Positions 19,874 to 29,432 of a stretch of DNA of 64,000 nucleotides are shown piece by piece. Within the stretch, counting starts at the first letter, position 1, and each line of letters opens with the position of its first letter. Made by a program: the position numbers and the translations under genes. Source of the stretch: an uncultured Chloroflexia bacterium (GTDB lineage: Bacteria > Chloroflexota > Limnocylindria > Limnocylindrales > CSP1-4); NCBI GenBank assembly GCA_963713975.1, contig OY970218.1:3424001-3488000 (forward strand). The letters run 5' to 3'. The notes below the pieces were generated by a model that saw only the letters and a list, made by a program, of their open reading frames with translations, searched no databases and was not told the origin of the DNA.

Positions 19874-20800
19874 CTACGAACGCCCGAAGAACGCCACCGA
19901 GAGCGTCGTGAGCCGGGCCAGCTCCTCTTCCGAGAGCTCGAGGTCAGCCGCGGCGGAGTTTGCGTCGAGCTGCTCCAGGGTGCGGGCGCCCGGGATCGCG
20001 ATCGTATTGGGATGCGATAGCACCCAGGCCAGTGCCACCTGCGCCGACGTGGCGTCGTGCGCGGCCGCGATCTCGGACAGGGTGACCCTCAGGGGATCGA
20101 TGCCCGGGTTGCGGCTCGCCATCTTGCCCTGGGGCCGGGCGAACCCTCCGATGCCGGGCCAGGACGTGCGCCCGGCGAGCAGCCCCTGGCCCAGCGGCGA
20201 ATACGCCACCACCGCCCGGCCCGCGGATGCCGCGAACGGCACCAGGTCGGCGGCCGGCGACGGGCTCACGAGGCTGAACTGCACCTGGTTCGCCACGACC
20301 GGCGCCCGGAGCGCCGCCTCGGCATCCTGCCATTGGCGCAGCGAGAAGTTGGAGACGCCCGCGTGTCGTACCAGGCCATCGCTCATGAGCGGCCGAACCG
20401 CCTGCATGACGCGCCGCGCCGAGACGAAGGGGTTCTTCTGGTGAACGTACAGGAGGTCGAGGGTGTCCATGTCAAGCCGGCGTCGCGACCCGGCGACCTG
20501 CCAGGCGACGATGGGCTCGGCCGGGGCGATGGGAATGAACTTGGTCGCGACAACCAGCCCGTTACGGTGCCCGTTCGACAGCCCCGCAAGCGCCCCCCCG
20601 ATGATCCTCTCCGATCGTCCCGGGCCGTAGATCTCGGCCGTGTCGAGCATGGTGATCCCGAGCTCGAGCGCCCGCCGGACGAGCGCCGGCGCGGTCACGT
20701 TCGCGTACTCCGCCCCGTAGCCCCACTCCCGGCTGCCGAACTGCCAGGTGCCCAGACCGATGCGGGAGAGCCGCATCCCTTCGATGTCGATGTACTGCAT
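19874..20800 (-). CDS. Aldo/keto reductase
   Basis: IGLGTWQFG, DTAEIYG, ATK, LYVH, GVSNF, AYSPLGQG, AIPGA. Confidence 0.92.
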   Translation of the reverse strand: MQYIDIEGMRLSRIGLGTWQFGSREWGYGAEYANVTAPALVRRALELGITMLDTAEIYGPGRSERIIGGALAGLSNGHRNGLVVATKFIPIAPAEPIVAWQVAGSRRRLDMDTLDLLYVHQKNPFVSARRVMQAVRPLMSDGLVRHAGVSNFSLRQWQDAEAALRAPVVANQVQFSLVSPSPAADLVPFAASAGRAVVAYSPLGQGLLAGRTSWPGIGGFARPQGKMASRNPGIDPLRVTLSEIAAAHDATSAQVALAWVLSHPNTIAIPGARTLEQLDANSAAADLELSEEELARLTTLSVAFFGRS

Positions 20801-20876
20801 GGCCCTGAGTCTATGTTCGATGCCGCCCGGACCCCCGTGACAGACAGCTGGCACGCCGAGAGCGCACGATGCGGTC

Positions 20877-21110
20877 ATGCACCTCTTTCGACGCGCCAGG
20901 CGTGATCAGCCACGGTCCGCAGCCGCGGTTCCGCCGGTCGCACAGGTCCTGGCCGAGGACGATCTCCTGGCCGACGCACCCTTCACCTGCACCACCTGCG
21001 GCCGGTCGGATCTGCCGGAGGCCGGCGACTGGGACCCGCCCATCTGCGACGAATGCGACGCCGCCATCAACTTCGATGCGCTCACCCTCGAGATGAACGA
21101 GGACCACTGA
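20877..21110 (+). CDS. Small acidic zinc-ribbon protein
   Basis: CTTC...CDEC pairs; occupies an otherwise empty gap. Confidence 0.55.
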   Translation: MHLFRRARRDQPRSAAAVPPVAQVLAEDDLLADAPFTCTTCGRSDLPEAGDWDPPICDECDAAINFDALTLEMNEDH

Positions 21111-21119
21111 CCGCGGGGA

Positions 21120-22091
21120 TCAGTCGGTCGGGTTCCGGACGTACAGGTGCAGGAGCGGCCGGCGCCCGCCCCGGCGCTCCGTCCCACGGCCGAGCCCGAG
21201 TGCGAACGACACGGCGATGACCACCCACGCAAACGCGCCCGCAACGACCACGATGACGCTCAACGTCTGGCCCGGCACGACGGCGCCGAGGACGAGGGCG
21301 CTGCCGTATTCCTCCACGATCAGGCCGATCCCGGCGATCGCGGCTACTGCCCATGCGCGTCGCGGGACGAGCCGGGCCGGATAGCCCGCGACCAGCCGGG
21401 TCGCCACGACGAGCACGAGGAAGATCGAGACCAGCGACATCGCGATGCTCGCGAGGTTGAGCCATCCGAGGGCCTGGCCAAGATCGAGGTTGGACCCGAG
21501 GAACGGCAGGAAGGCTGCCAGCGTGCCGAACGTGCCCACGGCGGCCACGACCGCAATGATCGCCCGCCGCGGTCGCGCCCCCGCATCCCACAGCCCGTCC
21601 GACAGCGACCACTGGCCGCCGATCGTGAACAGCGCGGTGGCCACGGTCAGCATGCCGAAGGTAACTCCCAGGGGCGTCTCGTAGTTGATCTGCGGGTTCG
21701 CGGGGTAGAACGCCGTCACGACGATGTTCTGTACGAACCCGATGGCCGGCCGCGCGAGCTGCGCCAGCGCCAGCAGCACGACACCCCGCATCAGCCATGG
21801 CGTGCGGCGCCGGGCACCCGGCACGCCCAGCTCCAGGGCCGCAGGCAGCAGGAGTGGCGCGGCCCCGCCGATGACGCGAACGGCATACAGCGCCTTTTCG
21901 CCCCAGGTGGACGAGTCCCCGATGCCGGCCTCCACGAGTGGCCACAGCCCGTTGACGAGCCACGCCGCCGTAGCGAGCACCGACAACCAGCCGATCCAGG
22001 TCAACGACGACAACGGCGCCAGGGACGCGCCCGGCCTGCGGACCGTCCGCCGGTGGATGATCGTCGCCAAGTCCGTGCTCCTGCTGGTCAT
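21120..22091 (-). CDS. Hypothetical multi-pass membrane protein
   Basis: 323 aa, about 8-9 hydrophobic segments. Confidence 0.65.
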   Translation of the reverse strand: MTSRSTDLATIIHRRTVRRPGASLAPLSSLTWIGWLSVLATAAWLVNGLWPLVEAGIGDSSTWGEKALYAVRVIGGAAPLLLPAALELGVPGARRRTPWLMRGVVLLALAQLARPAIGFVQNIVVTAFYPANPQINYETPLGVTFGMLTVATALFTIGGQWSLSDGLWDAGARPRRAIIAVVAAVGTFGTLAAFLPFLGSNLDLGQALGWLNLASIAMSLVSIFLVLVVATRLVAGYPARLVPRRAWAVAAIAGIGLIVEEYGSALVLGAVVPGQTLSVIVVVAGAFAWVVIAVSFALGLGRGTERRGGRRPLLHLYVRNPTD

Positions 22092-22154
22092 CCGGTTCGC
22101 CTTCGGCGAGCCCGTGGCTGGTACGAGTATGCCCTCGGGTCACGCTGCGCGGCG

Positions 22155-24209
22155 TCAGTCTCCGCGGAGTGTCGCCACCGCCAGCGCGAAGGGCAGCACC
22201 GGCCCGGAACCCTCGTCGCGGAGCAGCGCCCCCGCCACCGTCAGCGTCCAGCGCGAGTCCACCAGGCCGTCCACCAGGAGCACCGGACCGGATCGGACGC
22301 CCTCGGCCGCGACGGTCAGCTTCGCGCGTGCGTTGGCGGCCTGCTGCGCGCTGTTCTGCATCGATGCCTGGACAGGGAGCCCGCTCGCGGCGATGACGCA
22401 CGGGATGAACGGCAGCCCCAGCATGGCGGCGAGGCGTGACGCCACGTCCTCCACCTGCCCCGGGCGCCCAACCGAGGGCACGCAGGTCACCCACGAAGGC
22501 GACGGCTGCGGACGCCAGCGGCCGCGGATCACCTCCACGGCGGCGCGGACCAGGTGGTCGTCGAATGGCGACCCGTCGGCAATGGAGCGCGCGACGTCCC
22601 TCCCCCACCCCGGGTCGCCCTGGATGCACAGCGCCCGCCCGATCTCGTTGGGCTTCGCGATCCTCGCGCCCTCGGGCCACTGGCGCCGCGGCTCGATTCC
22701 ACGCACGTCCCGCCGCAGGTACGTGACCGCCTCCTGGACCAGTGCCGGCTCAACGTTCCGCGACCAGCGCACCCCGCCGTCGTTCGCGCAGTGCCCGCAG
22801 TCGGCAGCCGCGGGGTCGTTGAGCAGCCGGCCCAGGAACGCCATCCGGCAGCCCGTCGTGTCCACGTACTCGCGCATCGACGCCAGCTCCCGGCGGCGCG
22901 CCTCGAGCACCCCCGCCACCCACGCCTCGTCCTGCTCCCAGGGCATCGCCGTCCGACTGAAGCGCCCGCGCTCTCGAACGACGGCCCCATCCACCTCGAG
23001 CAGCTTGAGCGCCTTCTCGATCTGCCCGTACGGCAAGTTCACCTGCGCCTGGAGGCTCTTGATCGTCGCGGAGTCGACCGCCTCGAGGGCCACCAGGATG
23101 TCGCGCATCCGTGCCGCGGGTGGGAACGCCGTCGAGAGGAAGTACTCGGCGATCGCGTCGTCCTCGCGCCCGGACAGCAGGATCCCGAACGCGTTGTCCA
23201 CCGCGCGGCCCGCCCGGCCCACCTGCTGGTAGTACGCGATCGGCGACCCCGGCCGCTGGTAGTGGACCACGAACCCGAGGTCCGGCTTGTCGAACCCCAT
23301 CCCCAGGGCGACCGTCGCCACCAGCGCCTTGCACCGGTTCGCGAGCAGGTCCTGCTCCAGGACCTCGCGCTCGGCCGGGTCCATGTCCGCGTTGTACGGC
23401 CGCGCGTCGATCCCCCGGCCCGCCAGCCACCCGGCCACCCGCTGCGTGTCCGCGACCGTCAGGCAGTACACGATGCCGGAGCCGGGCATCGCCGGCAGGT
23501 GCTCCGCGAGCCAGGCCAGCCGCTCCGCCTGGTCCCGCAGCGGGATCGCGTCCAGGTGCAGCGTGTCGCGCGCGAGTGGGCCGCGGATCACGGACACCTC
23601 GTGACCCAGCTGGTGCGCCACGTCCTCCACCACGCGGTCGTTCGCCGTCGCCGTCGTCCCCAGCACCGGCACGTCCGGTCCCAGCGTGGGCAGCAGCCGG
23701 CCGATACGCCGGTAGTCCGGCACGAACTCGTGGCCCCAGTCACTGATGCAGTGCGCCTCGTCCACCACGAACATGCCGATGCTGCGCCGGATCCCCGGCA
23801 GGAGGCGCCTGTTGAAGTCCTCGTTGGCGAAGCGCTGCGCCGACACGAACAGGACGTCGATGCGGTTGCCGAGGAGGTCGGCCTCGATCTGCGGCCAGTC
23901 GTCGCGGTTGGCGGAGTTGATCGTCACGGCGCGCAGACCAAGACGGTCCGCGGCCTCGACCTGGTTGCGCATCAGGCTGAGCAAAGGGCTGACGATCACC
24001 GTGGGCCCGTGGCCCTGGTCCCGGCGGACCCGGGTGGCGATCCAGTAGACGAGTGACTTGCCCCAGCCCGTCCGCTGCACGACGAGGGTGCGCGACCCGT
24101 CCGGCGTGACGGCCTCGATCGCCTCGCGCTGGCCCTCGCGGAAGTGAGCCCCGGGCCCGAGCATGGTCTCGAGGTGGGCCTGGAGGGGGTCGGCGGCCGG
24201 GAGCGTCAT
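22155..24209 (-). CDS. RecQ-family helicase with C-terminal phosphoribosyltransferase-like domain (RqlH-like)
   Basis: TGWGKS, VDEAHCISDWGH, TATA, ALGMGFDKPD, YYQQVGRAGR, Zn motif CRM..CGHCANC variant (CGHCAND), C-terminal VLLVDGLVDSRWT. Confidence 0.88.
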   Translation of the reverse strand: MTLPAADPLQAHLETMLGPGAHFREGQREAIEAVTPDGSRTLVVQRTGWGKSLVYWIATRVRRDQGHGPTVIVSPLLSLMRNQVEAADRLGLRAVTINSANRDDWPQIEADLLGNRIDVLFVSAQRFANEDFNRRLLPGIRRSIGMFVVDEAHCISDWGHEFVPDYRRIGRLLPTLGPDVPVLGTTATANDRVVEDVAHQLGHEVSVIRGPLARDTLHLDAIPLRDQAERLAWLAEHLPAMPGSGIVYCLTVADTQRVAGWLAGRGIDARPYNADMDPAEREVLEQDLLANRCKALVATVALGMGFDKPDLGFVVHYQRPGSPIAYYQQVGRAGRAVDNAFGILLSGREDDAIAEYFLSTAFPPAARMRDILVALEAVDSATIKSLQAQVNLPYGQIEKALKLLEVDGAVVRERGRFSRTAMPWEQDEAWVAGVLEARRRELASMREYVDTTGCRMAFLGRLLNDPAAADCGHCANDGGVRWSRNVEPALVQEAVTYLRRDVRGIEPRRQWPEGARIAKPNEIGRALCIQGDPGWGRDVARSIADGSPFDDHLVRAAVEVIRGRWRPQPSPSWVTCVPSVGRPGQVEDVASRLAAMLGLPFIPCVIAASGLPVQASMQNSAQQAANARAKLTVAAEGVRSGPVLLVDGLVDSRWTLTVAGALLRDEGSGPVLPFALAVATLRGD

Positions 24210-24250
24210 GCGGTGAGGCTACCCGGTCCCCGGCTGCTGGCCGCCGCTCT

Positions 24251-24396
24251 GCCGCTCAGCGGTTCTACCATCGGGTCAACCTGTGTTCGAGTCGCCTGGC
24301 GACACGTCTGTCGGCTGGCGGGGCTCCCCCGCCCCACGGATGTCCCGCTGCGCGGCGCAAACCGGCTGGCGCCCGACCGTTGGGTCGCCCGGCGAC
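24251..24396 (+). repeat. R146 palindromic repeat copy E (146 bp)
   Basis: GCCGCTCAGCGGTTCTACCATCGGGTCAACCTG...CGCCTGGCGACACGTCTG...GGCGCAAACC...GCCCGACCGTTGG. Confidence 0.9.
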
Positions 24397-24469
24397 GCAA
24401 GGCAGGAGCGTGGCCGGGGCAACGACGCGACGCAGGACCGGCGGCGCAAACTCGCGGGCGATCCGGCGG

Positions 24470-25408
24470 CTACCCCGGAGGGGCGGCCGCGATGACCGAG
24501 CCGCGCCGATCGCTCAGGGTCACGCCGATGGCGGCGGCGGTGACGCAGGCAATGGCCACCAGCGCACTCGGCGGCAGGGCCTGGCCGAGGATGACGGCGC
24601 CGACCATGGTGGCCACGACCGGCTCCAGCGTCACGATGACTCCGTAGGCTCGCGCGGTCATCCGCCTCAGCGCCTCGAACTCCAGCGACAACGGCAGGGC
24701 CGTCGACAGGATCGCCACCGCCAGCGCGCCGACCAGCAGCGCGGGATCCAGCCGGTCCAGGCCGCCGGCCGCCAGCCCGAAGGGCAGGGTGAACAGCGTG
24801 GCCACAACCATGGCCAGGGCGAGGCCCGCCCCGCCGACATCGCGCGCCACGCGGGGGCTGATCAGGATGAAGCTCGCCCACCCGGCGCCGGCCGCCAGTG
24901 CCAGGACGACGCCGAGCGGGTCGAGGTCGCCGCCGATGTCCGGCGTCAGCAGCACCAGTCCGGCGACGGCGAGGCCGATCCACACGAAATCCCTGGGCCT
25001 CCGCGAGGTGAGGACGGCGACGCCGAGCGGTCCGATGAACTCGATGGCCACCGCGACCCCCAGCGGGATCCTCGCGATGGCTCCGTAGAAGCACATGTTC
25101 ATTGCGCCGATGACGCAGCCATACAGCAGCAGCAGCCCGACATGACGGCGCGCGCCACCACCGAAGTGGCCCCGTGTGGCGACCAGCAGCAGGACCGCCG
25201 AGAAGGCGATGCGCAGGAAGCTCGTGGCGATCGGCCCGAGCGTCTCGAACAGGTGCACCGCGACCGCCGCGCCGAGCTGGATCGCGACGATCGACACCAG
25301 CAGCAGCGCCGGCGGCGGCATCGACGCAGTGGCACGGCCGAAGGGACCCGGATGCCGATGCGGCTCTGGGGCCTCCGGCGCCGTCGGGTCGATGGTGGGG
25401 GGCGTCAT
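24470..25408 (-). CDS. EamA/RhtA-like drug/metabolite transporter
   Basis: SIVAIQLGAAVA, RIPLGVAVAIEFIGPL, LSTALPLSLEFEALRR, LEP. Confidence 0.9.
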   Translation of the reverse strand: MTPPTIDPTAPEAPEPHRHPGPFGRATASMPPPALLLVSIVAIQLGAAVAVHLFETLGPIATSFLRIAFSAVLLLVATRGHFGGGARRHVGLLLLYGCVIGAMNMCFYGAIARIPLGVAVAIEFIGPLGVAVLTSRRPRDFVWIGLAVAGLVLLTPDIGGDLDPLGVVLALAAGAGWASFILISPRVARDVGGAGLALAMVVATLFTLPFGLAAGGLDRLDPALLVGALAVAILSTALPLSLEFEALRRMTARAYGVIVTLEPVVATMVGAVILGQALPPSALVAIACVTAAAIGVTLSDRRGSVIAAAPPG

Positions 25409-25468
25409 CGCGCCATCATGCCCCGCCAGGCCTCAGTCGGGATGCCCTCCCAGTGCACCCGCCGCCGC

Positions 25469-25614
25469 GCCGCCCAGCGGTTCTACCGTTGGGTCAACCT
25501 GCGTTTGACTCGCCTGGCGGCACGTCTATCGGCCGGCGGGGCTCCCTCACCCCACTTGGGTGCCGCCGGGCGGCGCAAACTGGCAGGCACCCGACCGTTG
25601 GGGCGCTCAGCGGC
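25469..25614 (+). repeat. R146 palindromic repeat copy F (146 bp)
   Basis: GCCGCCCAGCGGTTCTACCGTTGGGTCAACCTG...CGCCTGGCGGCACGTCT...GGCGCAAAC...CACCCGACCGTTGG; closest to copy E. Confidence 0.9.
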
Positions 25615-25805
25615 GCATGGCTCGGCGCAGGCGGGGTCGACTCAGACCGTGGGCTGCCTTGTGCGTGTCGAGATTCTCGTTCGCCCAGACGTAGAGACGG
25701 TAGGGCGCCGTCTGGCGCGGGTCGATGACGTTGGGGCTCACGGCGCCTCCGGGCGGCGCGGTCGGCTTCGGGCGGCCGTCGTGGGGCTGCTCGTGCGCGG
25801 ACGGG

Positions 25806-26096
25806 TCAGGCAGGCTGCTGTGGCCGAAGGAAGGCCGCGGGCCGCTCGATCGCCTCCCCCGTCGGGGCCGGCCCATCCCAGATCAGCGTCTCGGGAGCGA
25901 TATCAACATCCCCGGGCCAGACCAGGGTGCCGTACGCGACGGCGACGCTCCGGAACAGGCCTTCATCGGCGGCGATCGGATCGAACAACGGCCCACGGAG
26001 CAGGTCCGCGAGGTCGCGAACGACCATCTCGCCATCCGTCAGGGTGAGGCGGACGGTCCGGTCATGCATCGGTGCGACGGCAGCAATCTCAAGCAT
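25806..26096 (-). CDS. DUF2442 family protein (putative antitoxin)
   Basis: VRLTLTDG..GPLFDPI..FRSVAV..GTLVWPGDVDIAPETL signature; follows DUF4160 gene. Confidence 0.85.
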   Translation of the reverse strand: MLEIAAVAPMHDRTVRLTLTDGEMVVRDLADLLRGPLFDPIAADEGLFRSVAVAYGTLVWPGDVDIAPETLIWDGPAPTGEAIERPAAFLRPQQPA

Positions 26097-26106
26097 CGCG
26101 CCGATC

Positions 26107-26364
26107 CTAGTCGATGGGTTCCATGGGCACCAGCGGCAGCTGTTGCCGCGCCAGCTCCCAGTCGACGAGCAGCTCCTGGGTTCGGGTGGCCGCCCACTCG
26201 GACACCAGCGCGAGCGCTCGCGGCGGGAGCGATCCGGCCAGCAGTTGGCCGTCCGTCGTGACCGTCGCTGACGCGCTGCCGCAGCGAGCGTGAAAGTGCG
26301 GTGGCGCGTGGTCGTTGTCGTTGAGGGTGATGACGATCCCGTAGAAGCGGCTGGCCTCGGGCAT
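26107..26364 (-). CDS. DUF4160 family protein (putative toxin)
   Basis: MPEASRFYGIVI..NDHAPPHFHA..GSLP..LVSEWA..ELLVDW signature. Confidence 0.88.
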   Translation of the reverse strand: MPEASRFYGIVITLNDNDHAPPHFHARCGSASATVTTDGQLLAGSLPPRALALVSEWAATRTQELLVDWELARQQLPLVPMEPID

Positions 26365-26686
26365 TCCAAGAGCCTACGAAGTCGGAGTTCGCGGCCGCTT
26401 GTGCCGTGGCGTGAATGTCGCCAGCCCTGGCCGATCTCAGCCCGCGACGCCCGCCCGGCGTGGCTGCTCGACGATCCGGAAGCCGACGGAATGGAGGACC
26501 CGGGTGATGTCGCCGGGATGCGGCAGGCCCTCGAGGATGACCCCATTCCGACGCGGCGACAGGATCTCGATCCGATGGCCGAGCCATTGGCTCCGTAGTT
26601 GATCCCGCGGGCATCGCCGTGACGGTCCTGGCAGTCCCCGAACGGGGCGCCCGTGACGGCCGCAGGGACTTGTCCGTCACCCCAAC

Positions 26687-27260
26687 CTACGGGTCACCGA
26701 GGTCCAGCGTTGCCTGCTCATACGAGGCCCGCGCCTCGGCCGCACGCCGCTTCTTGGGCCGCCTGCGACCCAGTGTCCCCTCCCTGGCCGCCAACCACCC
26801 AGTGGGGACCTCCGGGACCTGCGCCGTCTCCAGCGGGATCCCGCCCCGGTCGATCAGCCTCCGGTTCCCGTCCGGCATGTCATCGGCGTGGCGGACGAAG
26901 ACCGGGACCCAGCGTCCGGCCAGCGCCTCGACCGCGCCGGCCCACGTCCCGCCACTCTCGGCAGCGCTGGCGATGACCACCCCCACGTCGGACAGGGCGT
27001 AGACGACCTCGTTGCGGCCCATCGCCGCCCCGGCGGTGAGCCTGCGCCCGGGTGGTAGGGCGACGCGATGAGGGCCTGCCCGTCTGCCAACGCGACCCTT
27101 GTGGATGCCTCGCGGGTGCGCCGGTCGATGCCCTCCGGGAGGATCCCGATGACGCGACCGCCCGCCTGGAACGCAGCCTGCATCGCCTGCTGGTTCACGC
27201 CGCCGTACGGTAGCCGCAGGGCGGCCGCCAGTCGCTCTGCGAACGCACGACGAGCGTCTT
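26687..27260 (-). pseudogene. dprA: DprA/Smf-like remnant, N-terminally truncated and frameshifted
   Basis: GVNQQAM..GGRVIGIL..SPYHPGAG in one frame and MGRNEVVYALSD..SGGTWAGAVEAL in another; adding one T near 27040 restores GFTAGAAMGRN. Confidence 0.8.
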
Positions 27261-27296
27261 GCGGTTGCGCGATGGTGTCGCCGTCACCCAGCTGGG

Positions 27297-27581
27297 TCAG
27301 GATCGGGGCGCGCCGGCCTCTCGCGCGTCCTCGAACGAGACGATGATGACGAGATCCGCAGCCTCGTCATAGGCGTAGACGATCAGCATCCAGGGCCACG
27401 GGCCGAGAAGGAATCGGAAACCGTCCCATCGCCCTCCGAGCGCAGGACCAACCAGCGGGTGCTCCGCGAGGTGCGCGACAGCCCACTTGACCCGGTCTCG
27501 TGTCGATGCCGGAAGGCCGCGGGAACGGATGAGACCATCGAGATCGTCGCGCGCCGGCAGGGCGACGACGATGCGTGCCAT
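27297..27581 (-). CDS. RelE/ParE family toxin
   Basis: 94 aa; ARDDL..LAEHPLVG..FRFL..LIVY pattern; downstream of antitoxin. Confidence 0.75.
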   Translation of the reverse strand: MARIVVALPARDDLDGLIRSRGLPASTRDRVKWAVAHLAEHPLVGPALGGRWDGFRFLLGPWPWMLIVYAYDEAADLVIIVSFEDAREAGAPRS

Positions 27582-27587
27582 TGCGCG

Positions 27588-27848
27588 TCAGAGCTCCTCG
27601 AGGGGGATCGCCTGGCCAGCCTTGGCGGCCGCGAGACCGGCCTGTGCCCGACCGAGAGCGCCGGAGATCGAATCCAGGACGGCGGTAATGGTCACGGCAT
27701 CCGGGTCCGCGTGGTCGAGCGCCGTGGACAGCAAGGATCGCGCGATCGTCCCCGGCTGGACATAGGTGCGCTCGGCGATGGCGATGAGCTTGGCCGCGTG
27801 CTCCTCGTCCAGCTGGACGTTGAATCTGGTCGTCGGGTCCTGTGCCAT
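27588..27848 (-). CDS. Putative antitoxin (RHH-like)
   Basis: RFNVQLDEE N-terminus, GQAIPLEEL C-terminus, AAAGGGA RBS; upstream of toxin. Confidence 0.7.
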   Translation of the reverse strand: MAQDPTTRFNVQLDEEHAAKLIAIAERTYVQPGTIARSLLSTALDHADPDAVTITAVLDSISGALGRAQAGLAAAKAGQAIPLEEL

Positions 27849-27863
27849 GGGTGTCCCTTTGTA

Positions 27864-27884
27864 CACGATTCTACACGTTTCGTG
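27864..27884 (-). promoter_or_regulatory. TA promoter -10 (TAGAAT) embedded in inverted repeat CACGA-N11-TCGTG (likely autoregulatory operator)
   Basis: Read directly from sequence upstream of the antitoxin ATG. Confidence 0.55.
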
Positions 27885-28089
27885 CATCTTAGGGTCACCC
27901 ACACCCGTCGTCAACAACCTCGTCTCCGTCGCCCTGGTCGATGCCGGCCCCCATCAACCGGGAGGTAGTCAACCGCGACGGTACGCGCCAGCGCTTATCG
28001 CACGCTTTGGTCCGTACTCCGCGGCGATCATCGCGACATGCCGATGGCGGCCGCGCGCAGCGGCCTCGGGGACCCCGGGGCTCCGCCCG

Positions 28090-28446
28090 TCAGCTGCCGA
28101 CGGGCCGCCGAACCAACCCTGTCAAGGACACGCCGGCGCCGATGATGACGAGCACGGCCCCAGCGACCAGGTACGGCGTGACGTCGGGCGCGACGCACTC
28201 GGTGAAGGAGTTGGGCCCCGATCCGTTCGACGCGGCGCATCGGGCGTTCGCGAGGACGAGCAGCCCGGCCATGCCTGCTCCCAGGCCGATGATCAGGCCA
28301 CCAAGCCCGAGGGGACGCGCCTTCTCACGCGCCGCCCACACCACGGCAGGAACCAGCACGAGGAGTGCGAGCACGCCCACCACGAGGGCCGCGCCACCCG
28401 CGATCAGCCCGAGGGCGATCCCGAAGACCCAGGACACAACCCGCAT
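28090..28446 (-). CDS. Small membrane protein with a Cys pair
   Basis: MRVVSWVFG..., 4 hydrophobic segments, RC..EC loop; GGAG RBS. Confidence 0.6.
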   Translation of the reverse strand: MRVVSWVFGIALGLIAGGAALVVGVLALLVLVPAVVWAAREKARPLGLGGLIIGLGAGMAGLLVLANARCAASNGSGPNSFTECVAPDVTPYLVAGAVLVIIGAGVSLTGLVRRPVGS

Positions 28447-28459
28447 CTGTCGTCTCCCG

Positions 28460-28654
28460 TCATGCGACAGGCGCACTGTCCGCTTCGGGGTCCAACTGGT
28501 CAAGGGCCGGGTGATCGCGATCGGTGCTAGCACCTTGTGCGCGCGGTGGCCTTGAGGCGATCTGCGCGATCCGCTGGTGGGACACCTTGAGCAGGCGGCC
28601 GGCATCGCGATTGGTGAGCCCGACCTGTGCGAGCGCGCCGACCGCTCGGCGCAT
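28460..28654 (-). pseudogene. HTH fragment resembling the C-terminus of HicB-type antitoxins
   Basis: LAQVGLTNRDAGRLLKVSHQRIAQI; no N-terminal domain or toxin partner. Confidence 0.45.
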
Positions 28655-28764
28655 TTCCTCGAGGGCCGGCTGCCGCCTGCCACGAGAGCCCGGCCCCGGG
28701 GCGATACTGGGCTTGCGTCCACGGGCGGTTCGGCATGTCCAGGGCGCCGCATGGAGGACAGCCG

Positions 28765-29328
28765 ATGCGCCCCGTGACCTACTCGATGGGCATCTCGCTC
28801 GACGGCTACATCTTGGGTCCGGACGGCCGCTTCGAGTGGGCCGATCCCGACCCCGACATCTTCCGCCTCCACCTCGACGAGCTCCGCGGGGTGGGCGTCC
28901 ACCTCATGGCCCGGCGCCTGTACGAGACGATGCTGTACTGGGAGACCGCCGACCAGGACCCCTCCCTCAGCGACGACGAGCGCACCTGGACCGCGCTCTG
29001 GAACGCGCTCCCGAAGGTCGTGTTCTCGACCACGCTCGCGACGGTCGAGGGGAACGCCCGACTGGCCACGGGCGGCCTCGTTGACGAGATCGCGCGCCTC
29101 CGCGCGGAGTCCGACGAGGGCGACATCGCGATCGGCGGGGCGACGCTCGCCGCCGCGGTGGCCGCCCTGGACCTGACCGACGAGTACCGGCCCGTGGTTT
29201 GCCCCGTGCTCCTCGGCGGCGGCATCCCCTACTTCCCGCAGGCCGAGCGCCGGGTGAACCTGGAGCTCGTGGACCAGCGCACGTTCACCTCGCGGGCGAT
29301 GCACCTGCGGTACCGGGTGGTGCGATAG
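28765..29328 (+). CDS. Dihydrofolate reductase/RibD C-terminal family protein
   Basis: SLDGYI.GPDG, RRLYE, PKVVFS, IAIGGATLA, PVLLGGG. Confidence 0.9.
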   Translation: MRPVTYSMGISLDGYILGPDGRFEWADPDPDIFRLHLDELRGVGVHLMARRLYETMLYWETADQDPSLSDDERTWTALWNALPKVVFSTTLATVEGNARLATGGLVDEIARLRAESDEGDIAIGGATLAAAVAALDLTDEYRPVVCPVLLGGGIPYFPQAERRVNLELVDQRTFTSRAMHLRYRVVR

Positions 29329-29432
29329 GTCGAACAGCGGGCGGGGCGCCGAGATCCTGGCAGCACGGTGCAAGCCCGGGCGTGGTTCGCCTACGATGTC
29401 CGCGCTGACACCAGATCGTCCCGGAGGCCACC

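Noticed and set aside
25607-25876. 89 aa minus-strand ORF downstream of DUF2442
   Set aside because: Overlaps DUF2442 and repeat F and has no recognisable motif.
27030-27050. Programmed frameshift in dprA
   Set aside because: No slippery heptamer, and the gene also lacks its N-terminus, so decay or sequencing error is more likely.
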